IMG/VR virus record: IMGVR_UViG_3300047322_001237
Span: 62,001-126,000 of that record
DNA: 64,000 nt
Reading direction: 5' to 3' (one strand)
The translations under genes were made by a program, and so were the position numbers. Under the pieces are notes generated by a model that was not told the DNA's origin, ran no database searches, and saw nothing but the letters and a program-made list of their open reading frames with translations. This document shows, piece after piece, positions 46,486 to 56,065 of the stretch; within the stretch, counting starts at the first letter, position 1; each line of letters starts with the position of its first letter.

Positions 46486-47013
46486 ATGAGTCGCGTCATA
46501 TCTGCGCTTTTCTTTCTTTTCGCTTGCGAGGTGGCGTGCGGTGCGCAAGTGGACAGCTACGGAGGGGAAGTTACCTCATCGGTCCAGTCCTTTTATCCTA
46601 TCAAACCGGTGGTTGTCTATCGAGGACCTGCTTTCACTTCGCCTTCTAAATCGAACGATAAGTTTGTCGCTGACGACCATGTAGCACAGTTGTGGCCGTT
46701 CATCAAACCTGGGGAATCTATAGCTGCATATTCCGCCGTCTTGAAGGTTGGTAAATGGACGCATAAGCACTTCAATGGCAGCACAGTCCTTGAGCAAAGA
46801 CGGACGATTGCAAACGAGCTTGTATTGGGTGGTCGAGCCTCTCGATCAATGACAATGTTTCCCGTGCGGGCGGCTACCCGTTGGCGTGTAATCAGAGGCA
46901 TCCCAGTCGCGTTGATGGCCGGGGCCATAGGCGGAATCGTCGAGGAGGTCAACGAGGTTGAACAATTAGCGTTAGACAGGACGCCTCTCCCACCTGTTGA
47001 AACCGGTCAATAA
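46486..47013 (+). CDS. exported hypothetical protein (AT-richer)
   Basis: MSRVISALFFLFACEVACGA signal-like N-terminus. Confidence 0.45.
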   Translation: MSRVISALFFLFACEVACGAQVDSYGGEVTSSVQSFYPIKPVVVYRGPAFTSPSKSNDKFVADDHVAQLWPFIKPGESIAAYSAVLKVGKWTHKHFNGSTVLEQRRTIANELVLGGRASRSMTMFPVRAATRWRVIRGIPVALMAGAIGGIVEEVNEVEQLALDRTPLPPVETGQ

Positions 47014-47162
47014 AGAATGCGCACGAGCCTAATTGTTTTTCTTGTGGTGTTTTTCGTCTCGTTACTCATTTACCCCGTGCTGAAAAAATGGGGTATTTTT
47101 AGATAATCCGCGTTTCCGGCACAAAAGCCAGAGCGAGAGATCCTCGCTCTGGCATCGAACAT

Positions 47163-47555
47163 TTATTTCTGGATAGTCGAAACGTCGACGCCGGCCGCGG
47201 CCGCGGACTGACTCGCACTGGAAATCGGCGCGTCCTCACCGACGACCTGCTTGGCTTTGGCGAGCAACTGTTTCCAGAGTACGAGGTAATACCCGGTGCG
47301 GAATAGGTAATACAAGCCCGGGATCAACGGTGCCCAGAACGGAATCGCGACCTTCAGCACGTAGAGTGCGACGAAGAACGCAATCACCAGGACCCGCGTG
47401 GTGATGAGGGACGGTGCGAGGCCGATCTTTGCAGCGAGGCCCTGCAGCTGCGTGACCGCTTGGGTCGCCTGCTGGTTGGCGCTGATCCACTGACCGATGC
47501 CGCTCGTGAACTGGAGCGCGATCATGGCACAGAAAGCGCAAAGCAGAAGAAACAT
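47163..47555 (-). CDS. multi-pass membrane protein
   Basis: GGAGG RBS before MFLLL; ATCGTATG site upstream; three hydrophobic segments. Confidence 0.65.
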   Translation of the reverse strand: MFLLLCAFCAMIALQFTSGIGQWISANQQATQAVTQLQGLAAKIGLAPSLITTRVLVIAFFVALYVLKVAIPFWAPLIPGLYYLFRTGYYLVLWKQLLAKAKQVVGEDAPISSASQSAAAAGVDVSTIQK

Positions 47556-47751
47556 GAAACACCTCCATCGGTTTCGCAGGGAAGTCTGCATACGATGGGG
47601 TCCGGAAAACTTTTCTGATCGCGTTTGATTTGGTCAGTTTTCACCAACGCGAGGCCCGGTAAGGCTCTGCGGGGAACTTAAGCCCTAACTTGACACCGAC
47701 CGTTGGAACTAAGTAAGATCGCTGCCTTTCGTCGTACGGTAGGGTTTACGC

Positions 47752-48795
47752 GTGGTAACGAGTAGGCTGCAGCGCAATGTGGATCAGGGCTTGCGTGAGC
47801 GCGCGCATATTTTCTTCGACACCAAGGGGCGGGTTCAGCGGCACAGCGCACAGGAGGAGAACGAGCTCGTCGGGCAGTTCCTCGAGCTGTTCGAACTGGC
47901 CGAGCGACTGCGCAAGCACGTAGGAGATGTGCTCACCCTGCGTGAGAATCCCCACAGCGGCATTCGATTTGTCCCTTCTTCCAAGCTGGCGCTTCTCGTG
48001 CGTAGCTGGCTGAACATCAACGTCCATCTCGCACACCAGCTCTTCCCGCAGCACCGGTTTCATCCGCTTATCGAGATATTCATGCGACGTGTCCCGGTCT
48101 TTCACGAATATCGCTTTTTCATTTTTACGCCGGGTTCCGTTCCCAATGAGATTCTCGATCAGATCGTATCCAAGGTGAATTTCAGTTTGGTCGAGATTCG
48201 GAAAGAATTGGCGAGCCAAGTGGTCAAGAAGGCAGCGGGCGAGTTTATTCGGCCAGTGAATAAGAACCACAAGAGCCTTACGGATTATGTCGATGCGCTC
48301 GTAGAGCAGCATGGTTCAATGCAGGCGGTGCGACTTGACCTTGGATATACGGAGCGAATCACGTACTCGTCACGGGCCGCGCGCAAAATCTCTTTCGAGG
48401 AGACAAGCGACCACCGAAAAAAACTTCTGATTCACATGCGGCGGTGGTTTCCGGAGAATATGCTTGGCTATTCGTGGAAACTGGAACACGGCCTACAAAG
48501 TTCTTACCGCTATCACTGGCTCTTTTTCTTTCCGGGCAACACGCTGCGCGGCGACATGGAAATTGGGAAACTGATCGGTGAGCAGTGGTCGAAGAGTGTG
48601 ACGGACGGGAAGGGCGCGTACTTCAACTGGAATGATTCGGCAGGCAGTGGAATCAAACGTCCGGGTACGGGAAAGATCGCATCCTCGACGCCATTGAAGA
48701 ATCCGATTCAGTACATGACGAAACTGGACCGGTATATCAAACTCGGCGTGCCGGCCGGCGGTCGGACGTTTGATAAAGGGAATATGCCAAAATAA
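47752..48795 (+). CDS. YagK/YfjJ (inovirus Gp2)-family HUH-like protein
   Basis: AVRLDLGY, YSWKLEHG, YHWLFFFPG, GAYFNWN, YMTKLD..IKL motifs characteristic of this family. Confidence 0.75.
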   Translation: MVTSRLQRNVDQGLRERAHIFFDTKGRVQRHSAQEENELVGQFLELFELAERLRKHVGDVLTLRENPHSGIRFVPSSKLALLVRSWLNINVHLAHQLFPQHRFHPLIEIFMRRVPVFHEYRFFIFTPGSVPNEILDQIVSKVNFSLVEIRKELASQVVKKAAGEFIRPVNKNHKSLTDYVDALVEQHGSMQAVRLDLGYTERITYSSRAARKISFEETSDHRKKLLIHMRRWFPENMLGYSWKLEHGLQSSYRYHWLFFFPGNTLRGDMEIGKLIGEQWSKSVTDGKGAYFNWNDSAGSGIKRPGTGKIASSTPLKNPIQYMTKLDRYIKLGVPAGGRTFDKGNMPK

Positions 48796-48821
48796 AGATT
48801 GGATTGCGGCGTCTACACGGC

Positions 48822-49289
48822 CTACTTGCTTGAGCCAGAACGCGTCCCTGCACGTCCGGGGCCGCCGGCACCCACGCGCCGCACTGTCGCGCGTTGAAGA
48901 TTGAAAGCCTGCTGCTTCAGCCAGTCAACCATCCCCGATGAACGGCGGTCCCCAAAATCGATCGCCGTCGCCACGGTCGACTCGGAGGCCACCTGCGCGG
49001 CGATCTCCTCCGGCAGCTCACCGCAGGCGACCAATACAGCTTTGCCCAACAGGACTTGTTCGGTCTCTTGCCCGCGGTACGTTAGCCGGAGGCGACACTG
49101 GCAATCCGTGTCGTCAGCAGCATCTGGTGCGAAAATTAGACTCACAGACGACTCGGCGTCGACGAGGCTTTCCCAGAGGTTGGTGACGTCGATGTCGCCA
49201 GTTCCGATGAGCGCCGCGGCGTTGTCGAAACCGTCAGACACATTGCGAACGGTGCGGTCGCCGGGATCTATCAAATAGGAAAGGAACAT
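48822..49289 (-). CDS. hypothetical protein
   Basis: 155 aa, in the foreign-looking island. Confidence 0.5.
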   Translation of the reverse strand: MFLSYLIDPGDRTVRNVSDGFDNAAALIGTGDIDVTNLWESLVDAESSVSLIFAPDAADDTDCQCRLRLTYRGQETEQVLLGKAVLVACGELPEEIAAQVASESTVATAIDFGDRRSSGMVDWLKQQAFNLQRATVRRVGAGGPGRAGTRSGSSK

Positions 49290-49295
49290 TTCTGC

Positions 49296-49829
49296 TTAGC
49301 ACGTGCCCTCATGATTAGAATCATAGGTTCCATCGATCCGCGCGAATGTGATCGAATCAAAGTTAACGTTCCCAACACCCGGGCCCGGGCCGATCGCAAA
49401 CGACCAAACTACAGGCGTCCAAATATTGTTGTAGTTGCACTTCCGCCGATCGACGACGTAGTCGTTCACTCCACCGGCTACGACGTTATGAGAGTTGTCC
49501 GATAAATAGACGAACAGGTGAACGGATTGTAGATAGTTCACCCCTTCAGAAGTACGGTCGAAATATTCAAAAGACAAAACTCCGGTTGCCTGCGGTGGAG
49601 CACCGGGTGAGACCGTTACAGTAAGATGGACTTTTTGAAATTCAGTAGCTATTATCTGACCGTCGTCTAACAGATAGAAGTAGGGGAAATCGCAGATAAA
49701 AACCCTGGTGTTGGGGGGCGGAGAATTCTGTTGACTGAGAGCGCATTCAACAGAATTGCTTGTACGAGCATACACGTCGTTGGTAACAACCATACATGCT
49801 ACGAGAACCACCAAAGCGATTTTGTTCAT
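49296..49829 (-). CDS. exported beta-rich protein (AT-richer)
   Basis: MNKIALVVLVACMVVTNDVYA signal peptide; Cys pairs. Confidence 0.6.
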   Translation of the reverse strand: MNKIALVVLVACMVVTNDVYARTSNSVECALSQQNSPPPNTRVFICDFPYFYLLDDGQIIATEFQKVHLTVTVSPGAPPQATGVLSFEYFDRTSEGVNYLQSVHLFVYLSDNSHNVVAGGVNDYVVDRRKCNYNNIWTPVVWSFAIGPGPGVGNVNFDSITFARIDGTYDSNHEGTC

Positions 49830-50027
49830 GTCAGCGCCCCGATTGGTCAGTGCAAGCCTAGGATAGCAGGAAAAGCCTTCCGGATTCCGTTAGGCTCCGG
49901 TCGCGGCCAAGACGGCCTGCGACGTGTTCATCGTGTTCTCATTTTTTTTCGGCGTCAAACCGGTCTATCGTTCGTCAGCGCACAGAACGGAATATTTCCC
50001 GGGCGATGCCCGGGAACTTTATGCTGC

Positions 50028-50531
50028 TTACCTGTCTATCGATTCGCACTTCAGTTTAAGCGCGACTGCATCCCAATACGCATTGTGCTGAATCGCGCCC
50101 GGGATGTTGTTCGGCCATGCATCGACGCGGACCACTTCGAACGTGATACCAGGAATGGCGATCATGGTGCCTGGTCCGGTAATCAGCTCCTGACAGAAGT
50201 ACTTGATGTCATCCGGCCAGTCCGAGATCACGTGCGGCGCCTTATCCCCCTCGAAGAACTGCTGGAGGTAGTTCGCCGTCGTGGGCATGTAGTAGCCTTC
50301 GGGTCCCAGCTTCACCGACGGGTCACGTTGATCAGACCAGTTCGCGAGATTGATTCCCATCTCGACCGGCACGTTACAAATCACCGGCACGGCGTTCTCA
50401 GCCACCCAGTCGGTGTAGCTCGTCAAGGTCGGGTACACGAGATAGATGCCGATGCCATCTTCCCGCACCAATCCCATCGAGATCAGATCGCCACCGAAAC
50501 CGTTGAACTCGGTGTCAAGGTAATAGCGCAT
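50028..50531 (-). CDS. DEDD 3'-5' exonuclease-family protein
   Basis: YYLDTEF (ExoI), DWPDD, HNAYWDA (ExoIII). Confidence 0.8.
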   Translation of the reverse strand: MRYYLDTEFNGFGGDLISMGLVREDGIGIYLVYPTLTSYTDWVAENAVPVICNVPVEMGINLANWSDQRDPSVKLGPEGYYMPTTANYLQQFFEGDKAPHVISDWPDDIKYFCQELITGPGTMIAIPGITFEVVRVDAWPNNIPGAIQHNAYWDAVALKLKCESIDR

Positions 50532-50549
50532 TTGTACGCGCCTCCGTAG

Positions 50550-50756
50550 TCAAAGCTTCATCAACTTGGGGATCAGCGCCAATGTGCCGGCGAACACCAG
50601 CGAGAATGCGATTGATCCAAGGAAAGCCCACAACGCGAGCGCAAACCAATCCCCATGTATGCTGCAATCGAACACATGCTTACAGGTCATGACGCCCAGA
50701 GCAATCGTGGCGACCACCATCCAGAGAAAACCAGCCAGCGTAAAGTACTTCTTCAT
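50550..50756 (-). CDS. two-TM small membrane protein
   Basis: probable start MKKYFTL. Confidence 0.55.
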   Translation of the reverse strand: MKKYFTLAGFLWMVVATIALGVMTCKHVFDCSIHGDWFALALWAFLGSIAFSLVFAGTLALIPKLMKL

Positions 50757-51168
50757 CCTTGTTTCCTCTTCAGTATCGACCCGGGCTGATGTGGCAGCAA
50801 AGCCGATTACTCCAGCGCCGGTTCGTGTGCTTCTTGCCCAGCTTGGTGCGCCTGAACCGCACCTGCAGCGTTTTGCATTTGCTGTAGTCGAAGAAAGCAG
50901 GGCCATAGACGCCGACGTTATGCCTCGGTGACCGCTTTCCCATCGCAATCAGCTTTAGCCAGCGCGGATTGTTCCTGACTTTCATGCTCGGACTCCCAGC
51001 GAAGCACGTCGTATTTGCCCGTAAATACGGCCCACGCCAGCCGCAGCCGTGTCCTCAGGGCGATACCCTGAAAGCCCAGCGGCCGCGCCGGCACCCACCC
51101 CCTGTGTTTCGTTTCGGTCCACATATTCGTGTTGCGAATCTGATGGGTCCAGAAGAGCTGGGGCGTTC

Positions 51169-51687
51169 TCATGCCAGTACCTCGGCCGGCAGCACTGATG
51201 CCTTCTTGATGACAATGTCGATCAGCGGCCAGTCCTGATGGAACCCCTTGTTGCCGGTCTTGACGTTCGCGATCGCGTCGCAGATGTCCTTGCCCTCGAC
51301 GACCTCGCCGAATACTGCGTAGCCCCAGCCGGCCGGGTGCTTCGCGATGTGGTTAAGGAAGTTGTTGTCGAACACGTTGATGAAGAACTGCGCAGTCGCC
51401 GAGTGCGGCTCGTTCGTGCGCGCCATGGCCACCGCGTACTTCGTGTTCTTCAGGCCGTTGTTCGCTTCGTTCTCGATCGGCTTCTGCGTGGGCTTTTGCT
51501 TGCCGTCGGCCATGAAGCCACCACACTGGATCATGAAGCTCGGGATGACGCGGTGGAAGATCGTGTTCTCGTACTGACCACGGTTGACGTAGTCGAGGAA
51601 GTTGGCGACCGTCTTCGGTGCCTTCTCAGCATTCAGGGCGAGGACGATGTTGCCCGCGTTCGTTTCCAGCAGTACTTTGGTGTTCAT
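51169..51687 (-). CDS. ppiB: cyclophilin-type peptidyl-prolyl cis-trans isomerase
   Basis: [53 protein letters not shown]. Confidence 0.95.
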   Translation of the reverse strand: MNTKVLLETNAGNIVLALNAEKAPKTVANFLDYVNRGQYENTIFHRVIPSFMIQCGGFMADGKQKPTQKPIENEANNGLKNTKYAVAMARTNEPHSATAQFFINVFDNNFLNHIAKHPAGWGYAVFGEVVEGKDICDAIANVKTGNKGFHQDWPLIDIVIKKASVLPAEVLA

Positions 51688-51825
51688 CTTGTTCGTCTCA
51701 TGCTTGGTGGAAGAAGATCGACCGCAGCGGGTCGTTCAGAGCATGAGTCGAGGCAGCAAAAAAATACCGGCATAAAGACCAGAGGACCTACAGTCCCCTG
51801 GTCTGGATGCGGCGTCGTTTCCGAC

Positions 51826-52749
51826 CTACTGCGCAGCGTGCGGGTCGTCGAACAGCTTCTCTCCACCGCACAGCAACGTCGCCCAAGCGATCGCAGCGAC
51901 GATCGTGTCCTGGTAGTCGTACAGCGAGAAACGCAACTCGCTGGACGCTTCGTCCGGAATGCCTTGCTCGTAGAAGAAATCACCGATGCGACTCACTCGA
52001 AGGCGCTGGCCCTTGTAGTCCGGCTTGTCCTCCCAGAACTCCTCGTCGAAGTCTGAGGTAGGCAATCGCATCCACGCCTTCTGGCGATACTCCTTGAGCA
52101 CGTCGAGGGCGTTCATCACTGCGGCGCCGGTGCGAACGATGTCGTCTTGCGTGAGTTGAGGCAACTCGGCGCCATGCATCTGGCGTGACGCTTCTCGACG
52201 CACTCGGTCTTCATGGCGCTTGGTCTGATCGTGCTGCTTCTGTCCCGGCACCTTGATCTTTGCAATGACCTCCCCGGCGAACTTCTCGACGACTTCAACT
52301 TTGGGCGGGTGCTGCGACTTGTAGAACGCCTCGATCTCCTTCAATCCATTGCTCAGCGCAGCTGCGTAAGCTTCGAATTCGCCGGCACCATTTTGAGCGT
52401 GATCTACATGTTCCATCTTTCGATGGGCGAACTCCATAGCCTCGACTGGCTTCACGATCTTGCCGTTGACGATCAGGTGCTCCAGATCCCGCTTACCGAC
52501 GTGAATCTGGCGGTTTTCGAAGTGCTTTGCTACCCAGCTGCCGTTCGCAATCGTCTCGTGCACGTGACTCTTCAGCTCGTCCGATTTGTGCCATACCTTG
52601 CTCAGGTCCTCGCGGTGAATTGCTTTGATCTTGCGGAATACCAGGTCATGAAGGAAGTCTCGGAAGCCTTCGATCGCAATAGCTGTCGGTCGCTGGACGG
52701 GGTATCCTTCCATGGCTGCCACGAGCCCTTGTCGTTGTAGTTGTCGCAT
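51826..52749 (-). CDS. head protein with propeptide
   Basis: probable start MRQLQRQ; AME and AIE sites; ATCGTATG late-type site upstream. Confidence 0.6.
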   Translation of the reverse strand: MRQLQRQGLVAAMEGYPVQRPTAIAIEGFRDFLHDLVFRKIKAIHREDLSKVWHKSDELKSHVHETIANGSWVAKHFENRQIHVGKRDLEHLIVNGKIVKPVEAMEFAHRKMEHVDHAQNGAGEFEAYAAALSNGLKEIEAFYKSQHPPKVEVVEKFAGEVIAKIKVPGQKQHDQTKRHEDRVRREASRQMHGAELPQLTQDDIVRTGAAVMNALDVLKEYRQKAWMRLPTSDFDEEFWEDKPDYKGQRLRVSRIGDFFYEQGIPDEASSELRFSLYDYQDTIVAAIAWATLLCGGEKLFDDPHAAQ

Positions 52750-52814
52750 GTGCCACCAAAGAAAAAAAGAAGTCACATACGATTGCCGGGGCACACGGCC
52801 CCGGCCTACATCGA

Positions 52815-53270
52815 TCAGTTGGACGCCATGATCCGCACAGCTTCCATCCGGTCGACTTGCTTCTCGACGAGCTTCGCGTATTGACGACGGAACTTAGGCG
52901 TCTCAGAGTGATAGGCGCCGATCGCTTTCCAGTTGTTGCCGTGTTCGTCGATCTTGCGGCGCAGTAGCCATGCGCCCGTGTAGATGTTCTTGCAAGCGTT
53001 CATCAGATCCTTGCGCTTCACGCCATACTTCTTGAGCTCGCGCAGGTGAACGGAGTTGATTTGCATCGTGCCCAGATCGACCGTTCCGTTGCGGTTGCGA
53101 TTGACCGCATGCGGATTGTTGCCGCTCTCGACTTCGGCGATCGCGCGCAAGACAGTGGGACTGACGTGATGCTGCTTGGCCGCAGCGTCGAAGCAGTCCG
53201 CGCGGCAGGTGGTTGAAGCAAAGGCCAATACGAGGAGGGCGAGATAGAGTTTGAGTGTCGTTGCTACCAT
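52815..53270 (-). CDS. lytic transglycosylase (SLT domain) with signal peptide
   Basis: LRAIAEVES (catalytic E), DLGTMQINS, NIYTGAWLL, AIGAYHS. Confidence 0.9.
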   Translation of the reverse strand: MVATTLKLYLALLVLAFASTTCRADCFDAAAKQHHVSPTVLRAIAEVESGNNPHAVNRNRNGTVDLGTMQINSVHLRELKKYGVKRKDLMNACKNIYTGAWLLRRKIDEHGNNWKAIGAYHSETPKFRRQYAKLVEKQVDRMEAVRIMASN

Positions 53271-53300
53271 CTTTCTGGTTCTTCCTTTTTGTTGTCACTG

Positions 53301-53327
53301 AAAATAAAAAGCCGCCCGAAGGCGGCT
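53301..53327 (-). terminator. intrinsic terminator
   Basis: gagccgcc-ttcg-ggcggc + TTTTTATTTT. Confidence 0.8.
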
Positions 53328-53347
53328 CTACTTGCTCTTGCCGAAGT

Positions 53348-53755
53348 TCAGCTCGCCGGAGCCGTCTCTTCTGCGATCTTGTGTGCGGTCCAGTCCCAGT
53401 AGCCGCTGATCGTTTCCTGCTGCGCCACGGCTTCTCGCCACGTCTGACGGGAGATGACCGGATGCTCGCCGTCGCCTTCCGGGTTGTACTTGTCGTCCAG
53501 CGCGCTTCCGGGCAGACCGCAGTCCTGTTCCAGAGTTGCCATCTGGTCGGCAGTGAACGTCTCCACAACCTCGGCCGGCTCAATCACCTGCTCAGTCACG
53601 AGCTTCAGCTCCGTGTCGCAGCCATCGCAGTGCCCGCCGTCGTGGATCCCGCTAAGACCCCAGGATTGGTTGTTAATGTCCCAACGGACGGTCGCGTCTG
53701 CGGAGACATCTTCGCTGCCGCAATAAGGGCAGACCATTTTGTATCGAGCTGTCAT
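53348..53755 (-). CDS. Zn-ribbon-containing hypothetical protein
   Basis: CPYCGS ... CDGC. Confidence 0.65.
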   Translation of the reverse strand: MTARYKMVCPYCGSEDVSADATVRWDINNQSWGLSGIHDGGHCDGCDTELKLVTEQVIEPAEVVETFTADQMATLEQDCGLPGSALDDKYNPEGDGEHPVISRQTWREAVAQQETISGYWDWTAHKIAEETAPAS

Positions 53756-53767
53756 TGCTGCTCCCTT

Positions 53768-54274
53768 TTATTCGGTTAGCGCTGGTGCGGCCGTCTGCTC
53801 GGCAATTTTCTTGGCACGCAGTTCGTCCAGGTACTTCAGATACGCCGCGGCACCTGCGTCGTCTCTCCCAAACTCGGGATAGACCCTCTCGTCCCATTGC
53901 TGAACGAAACTGGGATCGTTGAACCAGTTGCGCGTGTGAAAGAAGAACCGCGCGATGAGGGCGGACGCCGTGGTCACGATCAATTCGTGCGGTGTTCCCG
54001 CAGCCATGGTGTAGCTGCCGAAGTCGAGCAATTCGGGCTTGTATTCAGGCACTCCACGGAAGTAGACGAATGTTTCGCCCGTTTTCTCGTTGACCGACAC
54101 CATCGCGTTCAGGTTCTCCGGCGAGATCGCCAGCGAGGGAACCGGCTGCTTGCGCAGTCGTAGCTTCGAAGATTCGAAGACACCGATGTTCGGTAAGTTG
54201 CGTTTGCCCAGATCGCGAATGATGTCGACCATCAGGTCTTGTTCGCGGTAATTCTCGATGCGGAAGATTTCCAT
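53768..54274 (-). CDS. hypothetical protein
   Basis: 168 aa coupled ORF. Confidence 0.65.
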   Translation of the reverse strand: MEIFRIENYREQDLMVDIIRDLGKRNLPNIGVFESSKLRLRKQPVPSLAISPENLNAMVSVNEKTGETFVYFRGVPEYKPELLDFGSYTMAAGTPHELIVTTASALIARFFFHTRNWFNDPSFVQQWDERVYPEFGRDDAGAAAYLKYLDELRAKKIAEQTAAPALTE

Positions 54275-54792
54275 TACTGCGCTCCTGTTTCTTGCATCAT
54301 CGAGCGGACCAGTTCTTCGGCACCGGCCATGTGCCTCCAGTTGGCCCGCGAACCGTAGCGCTCGTGCGCCAGGGAGGCATCGCTCGGATCGTTGAGGTCG
54401 TAGACGATCTCCTCATATGCGCAAGCCACATGACGCGCCCACGGATCCACCAGCCATCGGCCATCGATGATGGCGAAGTCGTGGCCGCCCGGGTGCCACT
54501 GCTTTCGCGCGAAATCGCAATCGGGGTTGGCTGCGTTGGTGAAGCCGAAGATCTGGGTATGTGACGGGAAGCGGCGATAGACCTGCATCGCATAGTGGGT
54601 GCAACGCACTGCATCCGTGCCGTCCGGGAACTGCGATTCCACGTCGTCCATCGGTTTTCCGTGGCGGACGTAGTACTCCGTTACCTGCGTCGGGGTATAC
54701 AGCTTGCCCGCTTGGTCGATGTATCGGATGCCGAGCGCCTCTTCGTGTCCGAAAAACTCATGGATGACGCGCTTATCGAGATTCAAGTTCAT
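54274..54792 (-). CDS. papain/transglutaminase-fold protein candidate
   Basis: Cys-His-Asp order: RCTHYA ... GGHDFAII ... LVDPW. Confidence 0.5.
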   Translation of the reverse strand: MNLNLDKRVIHEFFGHEEALGIRYIDQAGKLYTPTQVTEYYVRHGKPMDDVESQFPDGTDAVRCTHYAMQVYRRFPSHTQIFGFTNAANPDCDFARKQWHPGGHDFAIIDGRWLVDPWARHVACAYEEIVYDLNDPSDASLAHERYGSRANWRHMAGAEELVRSMMQETGAQ

Positions 54793-54866
54793 TTGTGATG
54801 TTCCTTGTTAGTCCTGCTTAATAGAAATCATGTGCTTCACCTTGTTTCACCTTCTAGGAAAAGCAC

Positions 54867-55649
54867 ATGACGCATGTTGTTTCGAAGCACCCGTATCGCC
54901 GTCGCAAGGACCGCCCTGATTCCCGCGACCACAAGTACCGTCTCCATCTGACGGCGCCTGTCCCCTCGCAAGATCTACCGCGCCAGGTGGACCTTCGTCC
55001 CGGTTGCTCACCCATCGAGAACCAGGGCGATCTTGGCTCCTGCACCGGTCACGCCATCGTCGGCGCGCTCGAATACGAAGAGAACGCTCAGCAGGAGCAG
55101 GTGGTCCAGCTCTCGCGTCTGTTCGTCTACTACAACGAGCGGGCTATCGAAGGCACGATCTACGAAGACGCCGGCGCGGAGATCCGCGATGGCATCAAGG
55201 CGATTGCACAGTACGGCGTGGCCAAGGAAAATCTGTGGCCGTACGACCCGGCGCAGTTCACGGTCAAGCCGTCGCTCGAGGCGTACAACGACGCGATGAA
55301 CCGTCGCGCGCTGCAGTATCAGAGCGTGGCGCAAACGCTGGACGCGATGACGCACTGCCTGGCAGTGTTCAAGCGCCCGATCGTGATGGGCATCCAGGTC
55401 TTCGAGAGCTTCGAGTCGGAGGAGGTGGCTCGTACGGGCGTGGTGCCGATGCCGCGGGTGGGCTACGAGCAGTGTCTGGGCGGACACGCGGTGCTGTGTG
55501 TGGGATACGACCTCGACAAGGAGGTCTTCATCTTCCGCAACAGCTGGGGACCGGAGTGGGGCGATGCGGGGTATTTCTACCTGCCGTTAAACTACGTTTT
55601 GAACCCGAACTTGGCAGAAGACTTCTGGATTATTCAGAAGATCAGCTGA
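54867..55649 (+). CDS. C1A (papain) family cysteine peptidase
   Basis: QGDLGSCTGHA (Q, C), GGHAVLCVGY (H), RNSWG (N). Confidence 0.95.
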   Translation: MTHVVSKHPYRRRKDRPDSRDHKYRLHLTAPVPSQDLPRQVDLRPGCSPIENQGDLGSCTGHAIVGALEYEENAQQEQVVQLSRLFVYYNERAIEGTIYEDAGAEIRDGIKAIAQYGVAKENLWPYDPAQFTVKPSLEAYNDAMNRRALQYQSVAQTLDAMTHCLAVFKRPIVMGIQVFESFESEEVARTGVVPMPRVGYEQCLGGHAVLCVGYDLDKEVFIFRNSWGPEWGDAGYFYLPLNYVLNPNLAEDFWIIQKIS

Positions 55650-55690
55650 TGCAGTAGCTTTTGGCAAAGGGGCGCAAGTCCCCTTTGCTA

Positions 55691-56065
55691 TTATGCCGTC
55701 AGTTCACCAGAGCTAATGAAGAAAAAGCGATCCTTCTCCGACGAATAGCACAGGCCGCACCGAACCAGATCGTGAACAATCCCCAATGTCGCCACTTGCT
55801 TGAAGCGCTCGGTGTCGGCGGTGTACCAAACGTGGGAGGAGCGCACGCACTCAATCATCGGTTGCAGTGAATAGTTTTGCAAATTGGGGCAGAGACGATC
55901 GAGCACGATCATCGCGTGAACGTCAGGTCGACTTGCCAGCTTGAGCGCAACCTTATCGAAGTCGCAATAATCATCGAGCGACTTGAAAAGATCAGCCAAC
56001 TCCTCGTTGGTCATGTCCTTGATGAGCTTATTCATGCTGTTTCCTTTCTCGTTGGTGTCGTTCAT
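55691..56065 (-). CDS. hypothetical protein
   Basis: about 115-124 aa. Confidence 0.55.
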   Translation of the reverse strand: MNDTNEKGNSMNKLIKDMTNEELADLFKSLDDYCDFDKVALKLASRPDVHAMIVLDRLCPNLQNYSLQPMIECVRSSHVWYTADTERFKQVATLGIVHDLVRCGLCYSSEKDRFFFISSGELTA

